From Candidatus Marinacidobacterales bacterium (lineage in GTDB: Bacteria; Acidobacteriota; Vicinamibacteria; Marinacidobacterales; SMYC01): DNA of 64,000 bases. The notes under the pieces are model-generated. The model was not told the origin of the DNA. It worked only from the letters and a program-made list of their open reading frames with translations, and did no database searches. Below, piece by piece: positions 9,910 to 19,620 of the stretch. Location: NCBI GenBank assembly GCA_965224085.1, contig CBDCYI010000004.1, positions 736,001 through 800,000 on the forward strand, in the 5' to 3' direction. How positions within the stretch are numbered: position 1 is the stretch's first letter; every line of letters begins with the position of its first letter. The translations under genes and the position numbers were made by a program.

Positions 9910-10644
9910 ATGCGTATACTGACGATCGTGATCCTGGGCTCTTTGAGCCTGCCGCCGCGCGCGGCCAACGCACAGGAAGAGACTGATTTTCTTTTCGGGA
10001 TGCCCCGAGGCGCCTTCTCCATTCGAGGCGGTTATATGACCGCGTCGGCCAATAGCGACGTCTACGATTTCATTACCGAGACGCTCACGGTCGACAAAGG
10101 TGATTTCAACACCCTGATGTTCGGCCTCGACGTGGCGCTCGTCGTTCATCCACGTATCGATGTGCTCGTCGGCTTCGAGTTCGCAAAATCGAAAACGGAG
10201 TCCGAGTATCGCGACTTCGAAGAAGATGACGGCTCTCCAATTACACAGAGTACAGAGCTTTCGACCTTTCCCTTCTCGGGAAGCGTCAAGTTTTACCTCA
10301 CCCCTCGAGGACGGGACATCAGCCGTTTCGCTTTCGTGCCTTCGAAGGCACGCGCCTATGTCGGAGGCGGCGCCGGCCTCGTTTGGCACCGGCTCGCGCA
10401 AACCGGTGATTTCGTCGATTTCGTCGACTTGGCGATATTCACCGGTGAGTTCAAATCGACCGGATTCGGAACACAGGCGCACGCGTTTGTTGGCGTGGAC
10501 GTCCAGTTGAAGCCGGCCGTATACCTTTCGTTCGAGGGACGCTACATGTGGGCGGATGCCGGTTTGTCCGAGGACTTCGTGGGCTTCGACCCCATCGACC
10601 TCTCCGGGCTCCGGTTAACCGCCGGTATCAACTTCAGCTTTTGA
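9910..10644 (+). CDS. outer membrane beta-barrel protein
   Basis: Signal peptide, amphipathic strands (AYVGGGAG), C-terminal GINFSF. Confidence 0.8.
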   Translation: MRILTIVILGSLSLPPRAANAQEETDFLFGMPRGAFSIRGGYMTASANSDVYDFITETLTVDKGDFNTLMFGLDVALVVHPRIDVLVGFEFAKSKTESEYRDFEEDDGSPITQSTELSTFPFSGSVKFYLTPRGRDISRFAFVPSKARAYVGGGAGLVWHRLAQTGDFVDFVDLAIFTGEFKSTGFGTQAHAFVGVDVQLKPAVYLSFEGRYMWADAGLSEDFVGFDPIDLSGLRLTAGINFSF

Positions 10645-10677
10645 GTTAGAATAGAAAGATAACGGAGGAGGGACGCT

Positions 10678-11826
10678 ATGAAATCCGCACTCCTTTTGGC
10701 TGCGCTCTTTGCGGGCCAGGCCGACGTGAACTCCCTTTGGGTTCCTTGGCTGGGCTGCTGGCAGCTCGTCGAGAACGAGCATCGCGAGCCTCTCATCGGC
10801 GAATCCGATCCCACGAGCGGCCAAGACGTGCCGCAGCGTGGCCTAATGTGCCTGAGCCCATCGCCGGACGGTGCCGGTGTCACGGTCACGACCGCGGCGG
10901 GAGGCGACACCTTCCTCGAGGAAACGCTCGTCGCCGACACCGCGAGAAACCCGTCGACGAAAGGCAGCTGCACCGGATGGCAGACGACGGAATGGTCGAA
11001 CGACGGATTCCGCCTCTTCACCAAAGCCGAGCTGACTTGCGAAGACAATCGCAAGCTCGAAGTGTCCGGGCTCAGCATGATGACGCGGCGCTCGACCTGG
11101 GTGGATATCCAAATCGTCGAAAGCCCGGCCGGCCGCGCCGTGCTCATTCGCCGCTACCGCCCCGCGGACGAGCAAGACGTCATGGATGCCGGACTACCCG
11201 CGCTTCCGAGCGAGCTCGTCGAGCGCAGCTTCAAGGCACGCTTTTTCTTGACGAACCCTATGGACACGAACGATGTGATCGAAGCCGCACAAAAAGTCGC
11301 GCCTGAGGCCGTCGAGGCTGCCGTGCTCGAGCACGAAGAAGCCTTCGAGCTCGACGCCGACGCGCTCGTGCGGATGGACGATGCCGGCATGCGCCCCGGG
11401 CTCATCGACTTGATGGTCGCGCTCTCTTATCCCGAGCAATTCGTCGTCAAGAGCGGCGATGAGGGCGGTGGGAGTTTCGGCTTCCCGGGCTTTCTCGGAG
11501 CCGGGGTCCCGAGCGCCATGATGCACCCGTACTATCTGGCGCCCTTCAGTTACTACTACTGGTATGCGCCTTATGACTCGCGCTATGTTGTCGCGCCGGT
11601 CTCGGTGCGCGAAGTGTCCCAAGGCCTCGTGAGCCGGCAGGGCTACGCGCAGGTTTCGCCTCGACCAGGAGCGCGGCGCGCGCGCTTCCACGGCGGCAGC
11701 GGGTCAGGCGACAGTTCGATGAGCGGAACGTCGTCGGGGGGCTCCTCTGGGGGGAGTGTCAGCGGCCAAGGTTACTCGCGCGGCGGCGGGTCAGGGCGCT
11801 CGGCGAAACCGAAGAAAAACAACTAG
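10678..11826 (+). CDS. hypothetical exported protein with Tyr-rich segment and Gly/Ser-rich tail
   Basis: GGAGG RBS, signal peptide, WVPWLGCW; operonic with the OMP gene. Confidence 0.75.
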   Translation: MKSALLLAALFAGQADVNSLWVPWLGCWQLVENEHREPLIGESDPTSGQDVPQRGLMCLSPSPDGAGVTVTTAAGGDTFLEETLVADTARNPSTKGSCTGWQTTEWSNDGFRLFTKAELTCEDNRKLEVSGLSMMTRRSTWVDIQIVESPAGRAVLIRRYRPADEQDVMDAGLPALPSELVERSFKARFFLTNPMDTNDVIEAAQKVAPEAVEAAVLEHEEAFELDADALVRMDDAGMRPGLIDLMVALSYPEQFVVKSGDEGGGSFGFPGFLGAGVPSAMMHPYYLAPFSYYYWYAPYDSRYVVAPVSVREVSQGLVSRQGYAQVSPRPGARRARFHGGSGSGDSSMSGTSSGGSSGGSVSGQGYSRGGGSGRSAKPKKNN

Positions 11827-11842
11827 AGACAGCGGCGGCTCG

Positions 11843-12652
11843 TTAGTGCGCCTTCATGAACGCGAGCATTGCGCCGAGCGTGTCGTCGCCGACGGCCATC
11901 GACTGAAAGATGCTCCTATGATCGCGGCTTTCAATTTGGATGGTGTTGACTTCCCCATGTCCTTTTTCGACCAGGGCCTTTTTGATGTCCTCGTTCTGCT
12001 GGCGCCTCCAAGGCGCATCGCCGTCGGCGTAGAGAAATAGAAGAGGCGGCGCGTCCGCGCGCACATGTCTGGCGGGCGAAGCGTCTTTCCACACCTCCAT
12101 ACGCTCACCCCAAACGTCTTTTGATCGGTCGGGCGCGACCAAATCGACGTAGAAAAAGCCGCTGATGGGCATCGCGCCGGTGATGATCTCCGGCGAGAGA
12201 CCTTCTTTCTCGAGGTAACGGGGATCGAGCGCCAGAAGGGCGGCAAGATAAGCGCCGGCCGAATACCCGGAGATGTACACGGCATCGGGGCTCCCGCCAT
12301 GTTTAGCGATGTTGCGATAGACCCAAGCCAAAGATCGCGCCGCGTCCTCGGCATGCTCCGGATGCGCGATGGTGGGCGACAAACGATAGTTCACGATCGC
12401 AGCACCATAACCCGCACGCGCGAGCGCCCTACCGACGTGCTCCGAGCCGCCTTTGTCCCCGTTCGTCAAACCGCCACCGTGGTAGAACACAAGCACGGGA
12501 AAGTCACGAGCGCCTTCGGGGAGGTAGAGGTCGAGTCGATCCTTGCCTTCGGCGTATTCCGCACCCTCAACATAATCGATATCCTTGATGACCCGAACGT
12601 TGTCACTCGCGAGAACGCCCGACGCCAGTAGCGCCACTAAGAGAAAGCTCAT
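11843..12652 (-). CDS. secreted alpha/beta hydrolase (esterase/lipase)
   Basis: HGGG oxyanion motif, NYRLSP, GYSAG nucleophile elbow. Confidence 0.9.
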   Translation of the reverse strand: MSFLLVALLASGVLASDNVRVIKDIDYVEGAEYAEGKDRLDLYLPEGARDFPVLVFYHGGGLTNGDKGGSEHVGRALARAGYGAAIVNYRLSPTIAHPEHAEDAARSLAWVYRNIAKHGGSPDAVYISGYSAGAYLAALLALDPRYLEKEGLSPEIITGAMPISGFFYVDLVAPDRSKDVWGERMEVWKDASPARHVRADAPPLLFLYADGDAPWRRQQNEDIKKALVEKGHGEVNTIQIESRDHRSIFQSMAVGDDTLGAMLAFMKAH

Positions 12653-12697
12653 GTGTGCCTCCTGCGTGGCGGATTATGAGCGCTAAGAGCGCCGAGC

Positions 12698-12830
12698 TCA
12701 ACCGGCGCGCGTGCCGTTAGGGACGGGGCTCTCGGGAGCCGCAAGGCGCGGCACGAGACCATCGGCGTAGCCGATATCGAAGAGCATTCCCTCCGAGACT
12801 TCGCCGCGCATCTTGCGCGGCTCGAGGTTG
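12698..12830 (-). pseudogene. tRNA-binding protein (CsaA/Trbp111-like) C-terminal fragment
   Basis: NLEPRKMRGEVSEGMLFDIGYADG..PVPNGTRAG-stop. Confidence 0.75.
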
Positions 12831-13272
12831 GATGATTCGCATCTTCGCGATCCTCTCCGTCGGTGAAAAAGCGCCGGCGAAGCGTCGTTGCGCCGAGCAT
12901 CAAGAAGTAGCTCGGGCTCACCCCTTCGCCCATGATGCGCTCGGGCTCGGTGCTCCCGCCAAGACTGAGGGGGATCTGAAACGAGCCCGCAACGGATTCG
13001 AACACGTCTTGCGCTCCGCGCATATCTTCGAGCACGGGGAAGGAAAGCGAGCGCAGCTCGAGCTCGTCGCGCTCGGCCGTCTCCCAAATCTGGACGAGAC
13101 GCTCGGGCTCGGGGAACGGGAGGGGGTGCAGCATCACGGCTTGAACGACGCTGTAGATCGCCGTGTTCGCGCCGAGACCCACAGCGAGGGTCCAAACGGC
13201 AACCATCGTAAAGCCGGGTTTTTGAAGCAAGCTCCTGAGCCCGACCCGCGCATCTCGAAGCCAATCGGTCAT
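12831..13272 (-). pseudogene. ABC permease (ADOP/MacB-like) N-terminal fragment
   Basis: LRDARVGLRSLLQKPGFTMVAVWTLAVGLGANTAIYSVV..PLPFPEPERLV; truncated after FFTDGED. Confidence 0.85.
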
Positions 13273-13421
13273 GGATCCAGAGCCACACAAGAGGTGTGCC
13301 AAAATCGAACCCGTCAAAGTATTGACTTTTTTGCCTTACACAGACACCCCGGGACGGTGGCCTGACCGTAGATGGGACAGCCTTGTACGTCACCGAACAC
13401 CGCAATTAGAATTGGAACGAC

Positions 13422-14576
13422 GTGAGAAGCCCAATTGCGGCGCGCAGCCGCGAGATCCCAACCTCCGCCACCGTTCGCATCGCCGACGTTGTCTCCGACA
13501 TGAAGCGGCGCGGAATCGACGTCGTCGACTTCTCCGCCGGTCGCGCCGCCGAGCACACGCCGGCTTATGTCGTCGAAGCGGCATCGCGCGCCATGCACGA
13601 CGGCGACACGCATCAGACGCCGGCGCGAGGCAAGCCCGAGTTCCGGAAAGCGTGCGCGCGAAAGCTCGCGCGCGACAACGGCATCGAAGCGGATCCCGAA
13701 CGCGAGCTCATGGCTACCCTCGGATGCAAGCAAGGGCTCTTTCTCGGACTCCAGGCCACGCTCGATCCTGGCGACGAAGTGCTCGTCGAAGATCCGGGCT
13801 TCGTGAGCTACCAGCCGGAGATCCAATATTCCGGCGGGCGCGCCGTCGCGGTGCCACTTCCGTGGACCACCGAAGCGCTCAAGGAGAAGCTGACGCCGAA
13901 AACCCGTGGGCTCGTTCTGTGCTCTCCGCAAAATCCCACGGGCTTCGTGCACCAGCGGAAGGAGTTGGAGGCTATCGCCGAGCTCGCCAAGGAGCACGAC
14001 CTCCTCGTCTACTCGGACGAGACGTATGAGCGGCTGACGTGGGACGGACACGAGCACATCTCCATCGCTGCGCTTCCCGGCATGCGCGAGCGGACAGTAA
14101 CCCTCATGGGTCTCACCAAGAGTTTTTCGATGGGCGGCTGGCGCGTCGGCGTAGCACTCGCGCCCGAGCCCATCCTCGACGTCATGGTCACCGTGCAGCA
14201 GCATCTCGTCACGTGTGCCGGCTCCTTCGCGCAAACGGGCGCAGTCGCTGCTTATGCGGAGCCTCCTCGCGAAGGTGTACGCGCGCTGTGGGCGGATTGG
14301 GAAAAACGGTGCCGCCGCGCCGCCGAAGCCCTCGACGCAATCCCTTCCGTCCACTGCTCGATGCCGGAAGGTGCCTTCTATGCTTGGGCCGACGTAAGCG
14401 CGCTCGGCGAGCCAGGCGAGACACTCGCGGACCGCTGGCTCGATGAGCTCCATGTAGCCGTCGTGCCGGGCTCCGCCTTCGGGCCCCATGGTGATGGATA
14501 CGTGCGCATCACTTGCGTGCGTTCTTGGGAAGAGCTCGAGAAAGGACTTTCTCGCTTGAGGAGTGCTTTATGTTGA
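13422..14576 (+). CDS. PLP-dependent aminotransferase class I/II
   Basis: SPQNPTG, YSDETY, GLTKSFSMGGWRVG, VVPGSAFG..GYVR. Confidence 0.93.
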   Translation: MRSPIAARSREIPTSATVRIADVVSDMKRRGIDVVDFSAGRAAEHTPAYVVEAASRAMHDGDTHQTPARGKPEFRKACARKLARDNGIEADPERELMATLGCKQGLFLGLQATLDPGDEVLVEDPGFVSYQPEIQYSGGRAVAVPLPWTTEALKEKLTPKTRGLVLCSPQNPTGFVHQRKELEAIAELAKEHDLLVYSDETYERLTWDGHEHISIAALPGMRERTVTLMGLTKSFSMGGWRVGVALAPEPILDVMVTVQQHLVTCAGSFAQTGAVAAYAEPPREGVRALWADWEKRCRRAAEALDAIPSVHCSMPEGAFYAWADVSALGEPGETLADRWLDELHVAVVPGSAFGPHGDGYVRITCVRSWEELEKGLSRLRSALC

Positions 14577-16089
14577 TCTACATCTTACTCACCGTTCTGG
14601 TCTCGGCCGAGCCGGGCACGCGCGCGGACCGCGCGGCGCTCTTCGACACTTGCTCGAGAAAACGATGGCGCGAGAGTCGTTCTCCGCGATCAAAAACGAA
14701 GAACTCGGGCTCGATGTCGAGAAGAACATGCGCCGGTGGCGCGATGAGCTCCTCGACGCTAGGACCGACCAGGAGCTCTTTCACGCGCTCGTCAAAATCA
14801 GCAACGCTCGCAAAGATCGCCACCTTAGCGTGGGCCTTGCACCGGGAGGTCTCGCCGTCGACACGACGCTCACCCACGCGCCCATCCGGTTCATGCCCGA
14901 CTTCACCGATCTCGACAACGTCACGTTCTTTGTGAGCGACGTCGAAGGCGACGAAGCCGAACTTGGCGACCGTCTTATCGCCGTGAACGCGAGCTCGAGC
15001 TTCGCCACCGATCTCGAGCCTTACGTCCGCTATTCGACGCTCAACAAGCTCTGGTGGGAGCTCGCGAAAATGCTGCCGCAAAAGAGCGAGGCGCTCCTGC
15101 CGGCGCGTTTCTATCGCGACACACTCGAGCTCGAGCTCGAGCTCGAGCGCTCGGACAAAGAGCGCTACGAGGTTACCCTTCCCTACGGAGATCCCGAAGA
15201 CCTACGGTGGCGCGGGCCTTCTGAGCCGCGCTATTCGGGGTTCGACCTCGCCTATTCCACCACGACCTACGATCTCTATCGAAACTTCGACGGGAGAGAA
15301 GCGCTCGTCATCGCGTGGCACGGCTTCCGTGAGAACCTCGTCCCCGACGTCGACCGACTCGTCGACTACGCGGTCGAGCACGACCTTCTCGACCACGCGC
15401 TCATCTTCGACGCGACCCGAAGCCGCGGAGGGTCGAAAGGCGCCTACGCGGTGCAGCGACTGTCGCCGAAGTCGTTCAAGACGACCTTTGGCAATCTGCG
15501 TTTGAGCGACGTCATCGAGCCCTTCGTCGAAGAAAAGAGAGCGCAGTTCAAAGAGCATCGGCTTGTCGACGGCGCCGCAACCGAGACGACGGATGGCGGA
15601 TCCTGGCTCATGGACTGGCTCGAGAACGATGTGCTTCTCGGTCTCGCCGCCGGACAAGACTACTCGAACGACGTTCCCTTCAAACTCGCCCACCTCCCGA
15701 AATATTCGGACGGCATCGTCCACCCGGCCCAAGTCCATTTCCGCGGACCGCTCGTCGCCTTTCTCGGTCCGCACGGCGGAAGCCACCTCGACCCGTTCGC
15801 GTCGATCGCCTCCGATAACGAGCTCGGCTACATCATTGGGATGCCCGCGGGCGGCTACAGCAATACGTGGGAATGGGAGGAGACGCTCCGTTTCCCCCCG
15901 ACAAGAAAGCCAGGAAAGCCACTCGTGAGCTACATGTGGTCCATCGGTCACACGATCCGGCCGAACGGGCAAGTTCTCGAAGGCAACCCAGCCGAGGTTG
16001 ACGAATATGTCCCCGTAACCCGTGAGAACTTCGACCTTTACTACGACGAGCTCCTGAGCAGCGCCTACCGCCATCTCGGGCTGGAGTAA
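14570..16089 (+). CDS. secreted S41-like peptidase domain protein, frameshifted near 14647
   Basis: ATG 14570 with signal peptide in one frame continues into the 508-aa frame; IFDATRSRGG, FRGPLVAFLGPHGGS, IIGMPAGG. Confidence 0.55.
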
Positions 16090-16137
16090 ACGGCTATGGC
16101 GTGTCTATCATGGGGTTGCCGCTGTTTTGGAGGATCT

Positions 16138-17133
16138 ATGTTCCGATTCGTTTGTATCGCTTTCGCGCTTGCGGTCCCCGCGGCCGGCGCGACCCAGGAA
16201 GGTGCGCGTGTCAAGCTCAGCGGCTACGTCGAATATCACGAAAACGCGATGCTCGTCGTCGAAGGCCAAAAGGTAGCCGTAAACGGGAAGACCAAGTTCA
16301 AAGGCACAGGCGCCCTCGCTCAAATACCTCTCGGCTACGAGGCCAAGGTGGAGGGCCACCGCCAAGCCGACGGAACCGTACTCGCCAAGAAAATTGAGAT
16401 CAAGCCGAACGGCCAAGCCATGTACGAGTCGGACCTTCTCGAGGCCACGAACCAAATCGAGAAGCTGTGGGTCGACGCGGGCGAGATGTACATGGGGGAC
16501 GGCCGCCGCCGTCAAACGGTCGGTAACATCAAGACCGAAGGGCTCGAAGTCGATCGCGTCCGCGGAATCATGCTCAAGCTCTTGCCACCCTATGTCTCCG
16601 CTAATGATGTACGGGTGCACGTCGTCGAGACCAAGGAGTGGAACGCCTCGGCAATGGGAAACGGCGCCGTTTGGGTCTACACGGGTCTTCTCAACGACAT
16701 GGACGACGACGAGATCGCCATCATTCTCGGACACGAGCTCGCGCACTACACCCATGAGCACTCGCGCCGCGGGATGAAAAAGAGCATGTGGGGCCAGATC
16801 GCGGGCCTCGCCGGAGCCATTGGCACGGGTGCCATCAAAAACGACGCCGCAAGCTCCGTCGCGGGGCTCGGCGCCGGCCTCGGTTTGAGCGCGTGGCAGA
16901 GCGGGTATAGCCGTGACTTGGAAGATCAAGCCGACCGCGTTGGCCTCCGCTACGCCTATGAAGCCGGGTTCGACGTCTCGAAAGGCCCGGGGCTCTGGGA
17001 GAAGTTTCGCAAGAAATACGGCGAAGACGACACGATGTCGAACTTTCTCTTCGGAAGCCACTCGCGCCCCACGGACCGCATCCGGAATATAAGACGCGAG
17101 CTTAGAGTGAATTACCGGGACACGCTGGATTAG
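16138..17133 (+). CDS. M48 metallopeptidase with N-terminal DUF5666-like domain
   Basis: GGAGG RBS, WNASA..G.VWVYTGLL, ILGHELAH, YSRDLEDQAD, SH. Confidence 0.9.
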   Translation: MFRFVCIAFALAVPAAGATQEGARVKLSGYVEYHENAMLVVEGQKVAVNGKTKFKGTGALAQIPLGYEAKVEGHRQADGTVLAKKIEIKPNGQAMYESDLLEATNQIEKLWVDAGEMYMGDGRRRQTVGNIKTEGLEVDRVRGIMLKLLPPYVSANDVRVHVVETKEWNASAMGNGAVWVYTGLLNDMDDDEIAIILGHELAHYTHEHSRRGMKKSMWGQIAGLAGAIGTGAIKNDAASSVAGLGAGLGLSAWQSGYSRDLEDQADRVGLRYAYEAGFDVSKGPGLWEKFRKKYGEDDTMSNFLFGSHSRPTDRIRNIRRELRVNYRDTLD

Positions 17134-17155
17134 CGGCTACTGGGCAAAAGCCCAA

Positions 17156-17174
17156 TGGTCACGAAATGGTCACA
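17156..17174 (+). repeat. TGGTCACGAAATGGTCACA, copy 1 (tandem TGGTCAC)
   Basis: 17/19 identical to 20547-20565. Confidence 0.7.
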
Positions 17175-17379
17175 TCGAGCCGGAGCGAGGGCGAATCCCG
17201 CCCTGGCGCTCGGGGGGATGGTTCGGCACGATGTCGTGTGCGTGATCGACGGGACAGGTAACCAGCTGCGGCTCGTGTCGCTCGACTTCGGCGAAGCGCA
17301 GTAAATCGACTTCATTCGACATAACCCCGTTTCCAGGGCACATTTGAACGCAGCTTTGCCTCCCTGTTATCTTGCTGGG

Positions 17380-17484
17380 CGGTGCAGGGAATCAGGCGTA
17401 GAGCCACGAGCAAGGAGGACGAGCCGTGGAAGAGAATAGCGGATACGTTGGGGGTGGATGTTCACCAGGACAGGCTCGCGGTAG
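17380..17484 (+). mobile_element. IS110-family left end and transposase N-terminal stub
   Basis: AAGGAGG RBS plus GTG; removing one G from the G5 run gives MEENSGYVGVDVHQDRLAV, resembling the IS110 YVGxDVH start. Confidence 0.65.
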
Positions 17485-19327
17485 AAAAGAGTTACGGAAG
17501 GATGTCTTGCGTTTCTCTGCACTCGCCTCGATTCTCGCCCTTCTTGCTTCGCCTGCCGCACTTGCTCAGCAAAGCGGGGAGGATCCCTTCGAGCGAGGTC
17601 GAGGACAATATGAGCAAGGCCAGCTCGACGAGGCCATCGATTCTTTTCGCGAGGCCATCGCAGCCAGGCCCGAGCACGCCGACGCGCATGCATTCCTCGG
17701 GCGGGCCCTTCACGACAAGGACGATGTGGACAGAGCCATCGCCTCCTACCGCAAAGCCATCGAGCTCCACCCTCAACCGGAGTTTGTTTCGCCCGGCATC
17801 GGGTTCCTTCAATTCAATCTTGCCATGTCTTTGGCGGAGGGACGCTCCGTGGAAGGAGCCCTTGAGGCCTATCTCGAAGCCATCGAAGGCAAAAGCGGCT
17901 CAGCCCAACCCGCTCTCGCCGCCACGCACCACAACCTCGGTCGTGCTCTACTCTGCAAGGGCCCGCGGGCGGAAGCCATCGCGTCGTTCCTGACCGCGCT
18001 CCAGCTTCAACCTGAGCTCGCGGAAGCCTACAACAATCTCGGTGTCGCTCTCCGCGATCTGAAGCAATTCGACGGTGCCATGGCGCTCTTTCGAAAGGCC
18101 GTCGAGATTCGACCGGACTTTGCGGAGGCGCGCGGAAATCTCGAGACAGCGTCGTCCCAGCGGGAGGCGCAACAGCAGGGAGAAGCTCGGCCAGAGCGGG
18201 CCCTCACGGACAGCGCTCCGGTGATCGCCCAGCTTCGCGAGGCCGTTGAACGGCAACCCGACGACCCCGTGGCTCACGAACGGATCGCAGCGGCGCTCCG
18301 GTCCGCGGGCCGGGAGGAAGAAGCGCAAACGCACCTGAACGAGGCGCGCCGCCTCGCCGCCAACATTCTGCCTCCGCCTCCCGCTCCGGCCGGCGAGAAC
18401 GATCCCGTGATCACGACCAGTACCAGGTTAGGGCCGAACGTCGTTCCCGCGACGATGGTTTTCATGGAACCATCTCTTACCGGTTTAGCGGTCGACCATA
18501 AGGGAAACCTCTTCCTCTCCGCCGGCAGCCGTGTTTTCAAAGTCGATCCGTCTGGGAATTTGACGGTGGTTGCGGAGCTTGCCACCGAGATTCCACAGGC
18601 TAGGGTCTCCGATGTGGCTGTCGATCCGGCTGGAAACCTCTTCATCGCCGACGAGCCCGGCCACCGAGTCCTCAAGGTGGACCCCTCGGGCATCATCACC
18701 ACCGTTGCCGGCAACGGAACGCGCCAGCAGAACGGTGACGACGGTCCCGCCACCGAAGCCGGTTTGGCCCACCCGATGTCGATCGCGGTCGATGGTCAGG
18801 GAAACCTTTTTATCGCTGATGGGTTTGGCCATGTTCGAGGGGTAGACCCTTCGGGCATCATCGACATCGTGGCGGGACGAGGTAACCAAGTCCCCGGCGA
18901 TGGGGGTCCCGCAACGGGTGCCCGCCTGAGTAGTGTCAGGGACATGGCGGTCGATGGCAGCGGTAACCTCTTCATCGTCGATGTGCGCCAAAGACGCATC
19001 CGGAAAGTGGACCGCGCGGGGATCATTACAACGGTCGCGAACCGTTTGACGATAGCACTGGCGGCGGATTCTGCTGGAAATCTCTTCCTTGCCTTCGACG
19101 GTCGCGCGTTGAAGCTGGATCCCACGGGCACGGTAACCACCGTCGCCGGCGGAGGCACCGCGTCGCCCGATGACGGCGGTCCCGCCACGGGCGCAAAGCT
19201 ATCGGTCCACCGTCTGGCGGTCGATCGTTCCGGCAATCTCTTCATGGCCGACAACCAACGAGTGTTCAAAGTCGATCCATTGGGCGTCCTCACGATCGTG
19301 GCTGGAAAAGCAAGGACCGGCTACTGA
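17426..19327 (+). CDS. exported TPR-repeat plus NHL-repeat (beta-propeller) protein
   Basis: Signal-like LALLASPAALAQ, TPRs (AEAYNNLGVAL), repeated AVDxxGNLFxAD and GDGGPAT units; true start uncertain. Confidence 0.85.
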   Translation: MEENSGYVGGGCSPGQARGRKELRKDVLRFSALASILALLASPAALAQQSGEDPFERGRGQYEQGQLDEAIDSFREAIAARPEHADAHAFLGRALHDKDDVDRAIASYRKAIELHPQPEFVSPGIGFLQFNLAMSLAEGRSVEGALEAYLEAIEGKSGSAQPALAATHHNLGRALLCKGPRAEAIASFLTALQLQPELAEAYNNLGVALRDLKQFDGAMALFRKAVEIRPDFAEARGNLETASSQREAQQQGEARPERALTDSAPVIAQLREAVERQPDDPVAHERIAAALRSAGREEEAQTHLNEARRLAANILPPPPAPAGENDPVITTSTRLGPNVVPATMVFMEPSLTGLAVDHKGNLFLSAGSRVFKVDPSGNLTVVAELATEIPQARVSDVAVDPAGNLFIADEPGHRVLKVDPSGIITTVAGNGTRQQNGDDGPATEAGLAHPMSIAVDGQGNLFIADGFGHVRGVDPSGIIDIVAGRGNQVPGDGGPATGARLSSVRDMAVDGSGNLFIVDVRQRRIRKVDRAGIITTVANRLTIALAADSAGNLFLAFDGRALKLDPTGTVTTVAGGGTASPDDGGPATGAKLSVHRLAVDRSGNLFMADNQRVFKVDPLGVLTIVAGKARTGY

Positions 19328-19376
19328 GGGGACGGTGGCCTCGCCAGTCAGTCTCTTTTCAACGCCTCGCAGGCTC

Positions 19377-19461
19377 ATCTTCCTGCGCGAATTCCCAAAA
19401 GTCGTGGACGAACCTTCCGGTTGAGGACAATGACGGTCGAAATCGTTCTCGTGCACACGGC
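19377..19461 (+). repeat. diverged ~85-bp direct repeat, copy A
   Basis: Aligns by eye with 20241-20321 (ATCTTC..TGCGCG..GTGGACG..GAGGAC..TGACGG.CGAAATCGTTCT..TGCACA). Confidence 0.75.
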
Positions 19462-19560
19462 TTCGAACGGGGCCTTGAAACAGCCCAACGGCGGGCACGG
19501 TGTCAAGAGGCCACGCCCCACTGCGTCACGGCGGCTACGTTCGTCCACAACTTTGCGGAA
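19392..19560. repeat. 169-bp segment bounded by 22-bp imperfect inverted repeats (MITE-like)
   Basis: TTCCCAAAAGTCGTGGACGAAC (19392-19413) vs GTTCGTCCACAACTTTGCGGAA (19539-19560); 19/22 complementary. Confidence 0.55.
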
Positions 19561-19620
19561 ACTTGAGGTCATGGACGTCGCAGGGATACGCTTGGTCTCA
19601 TACGCTTGGTCTCCGTGACG

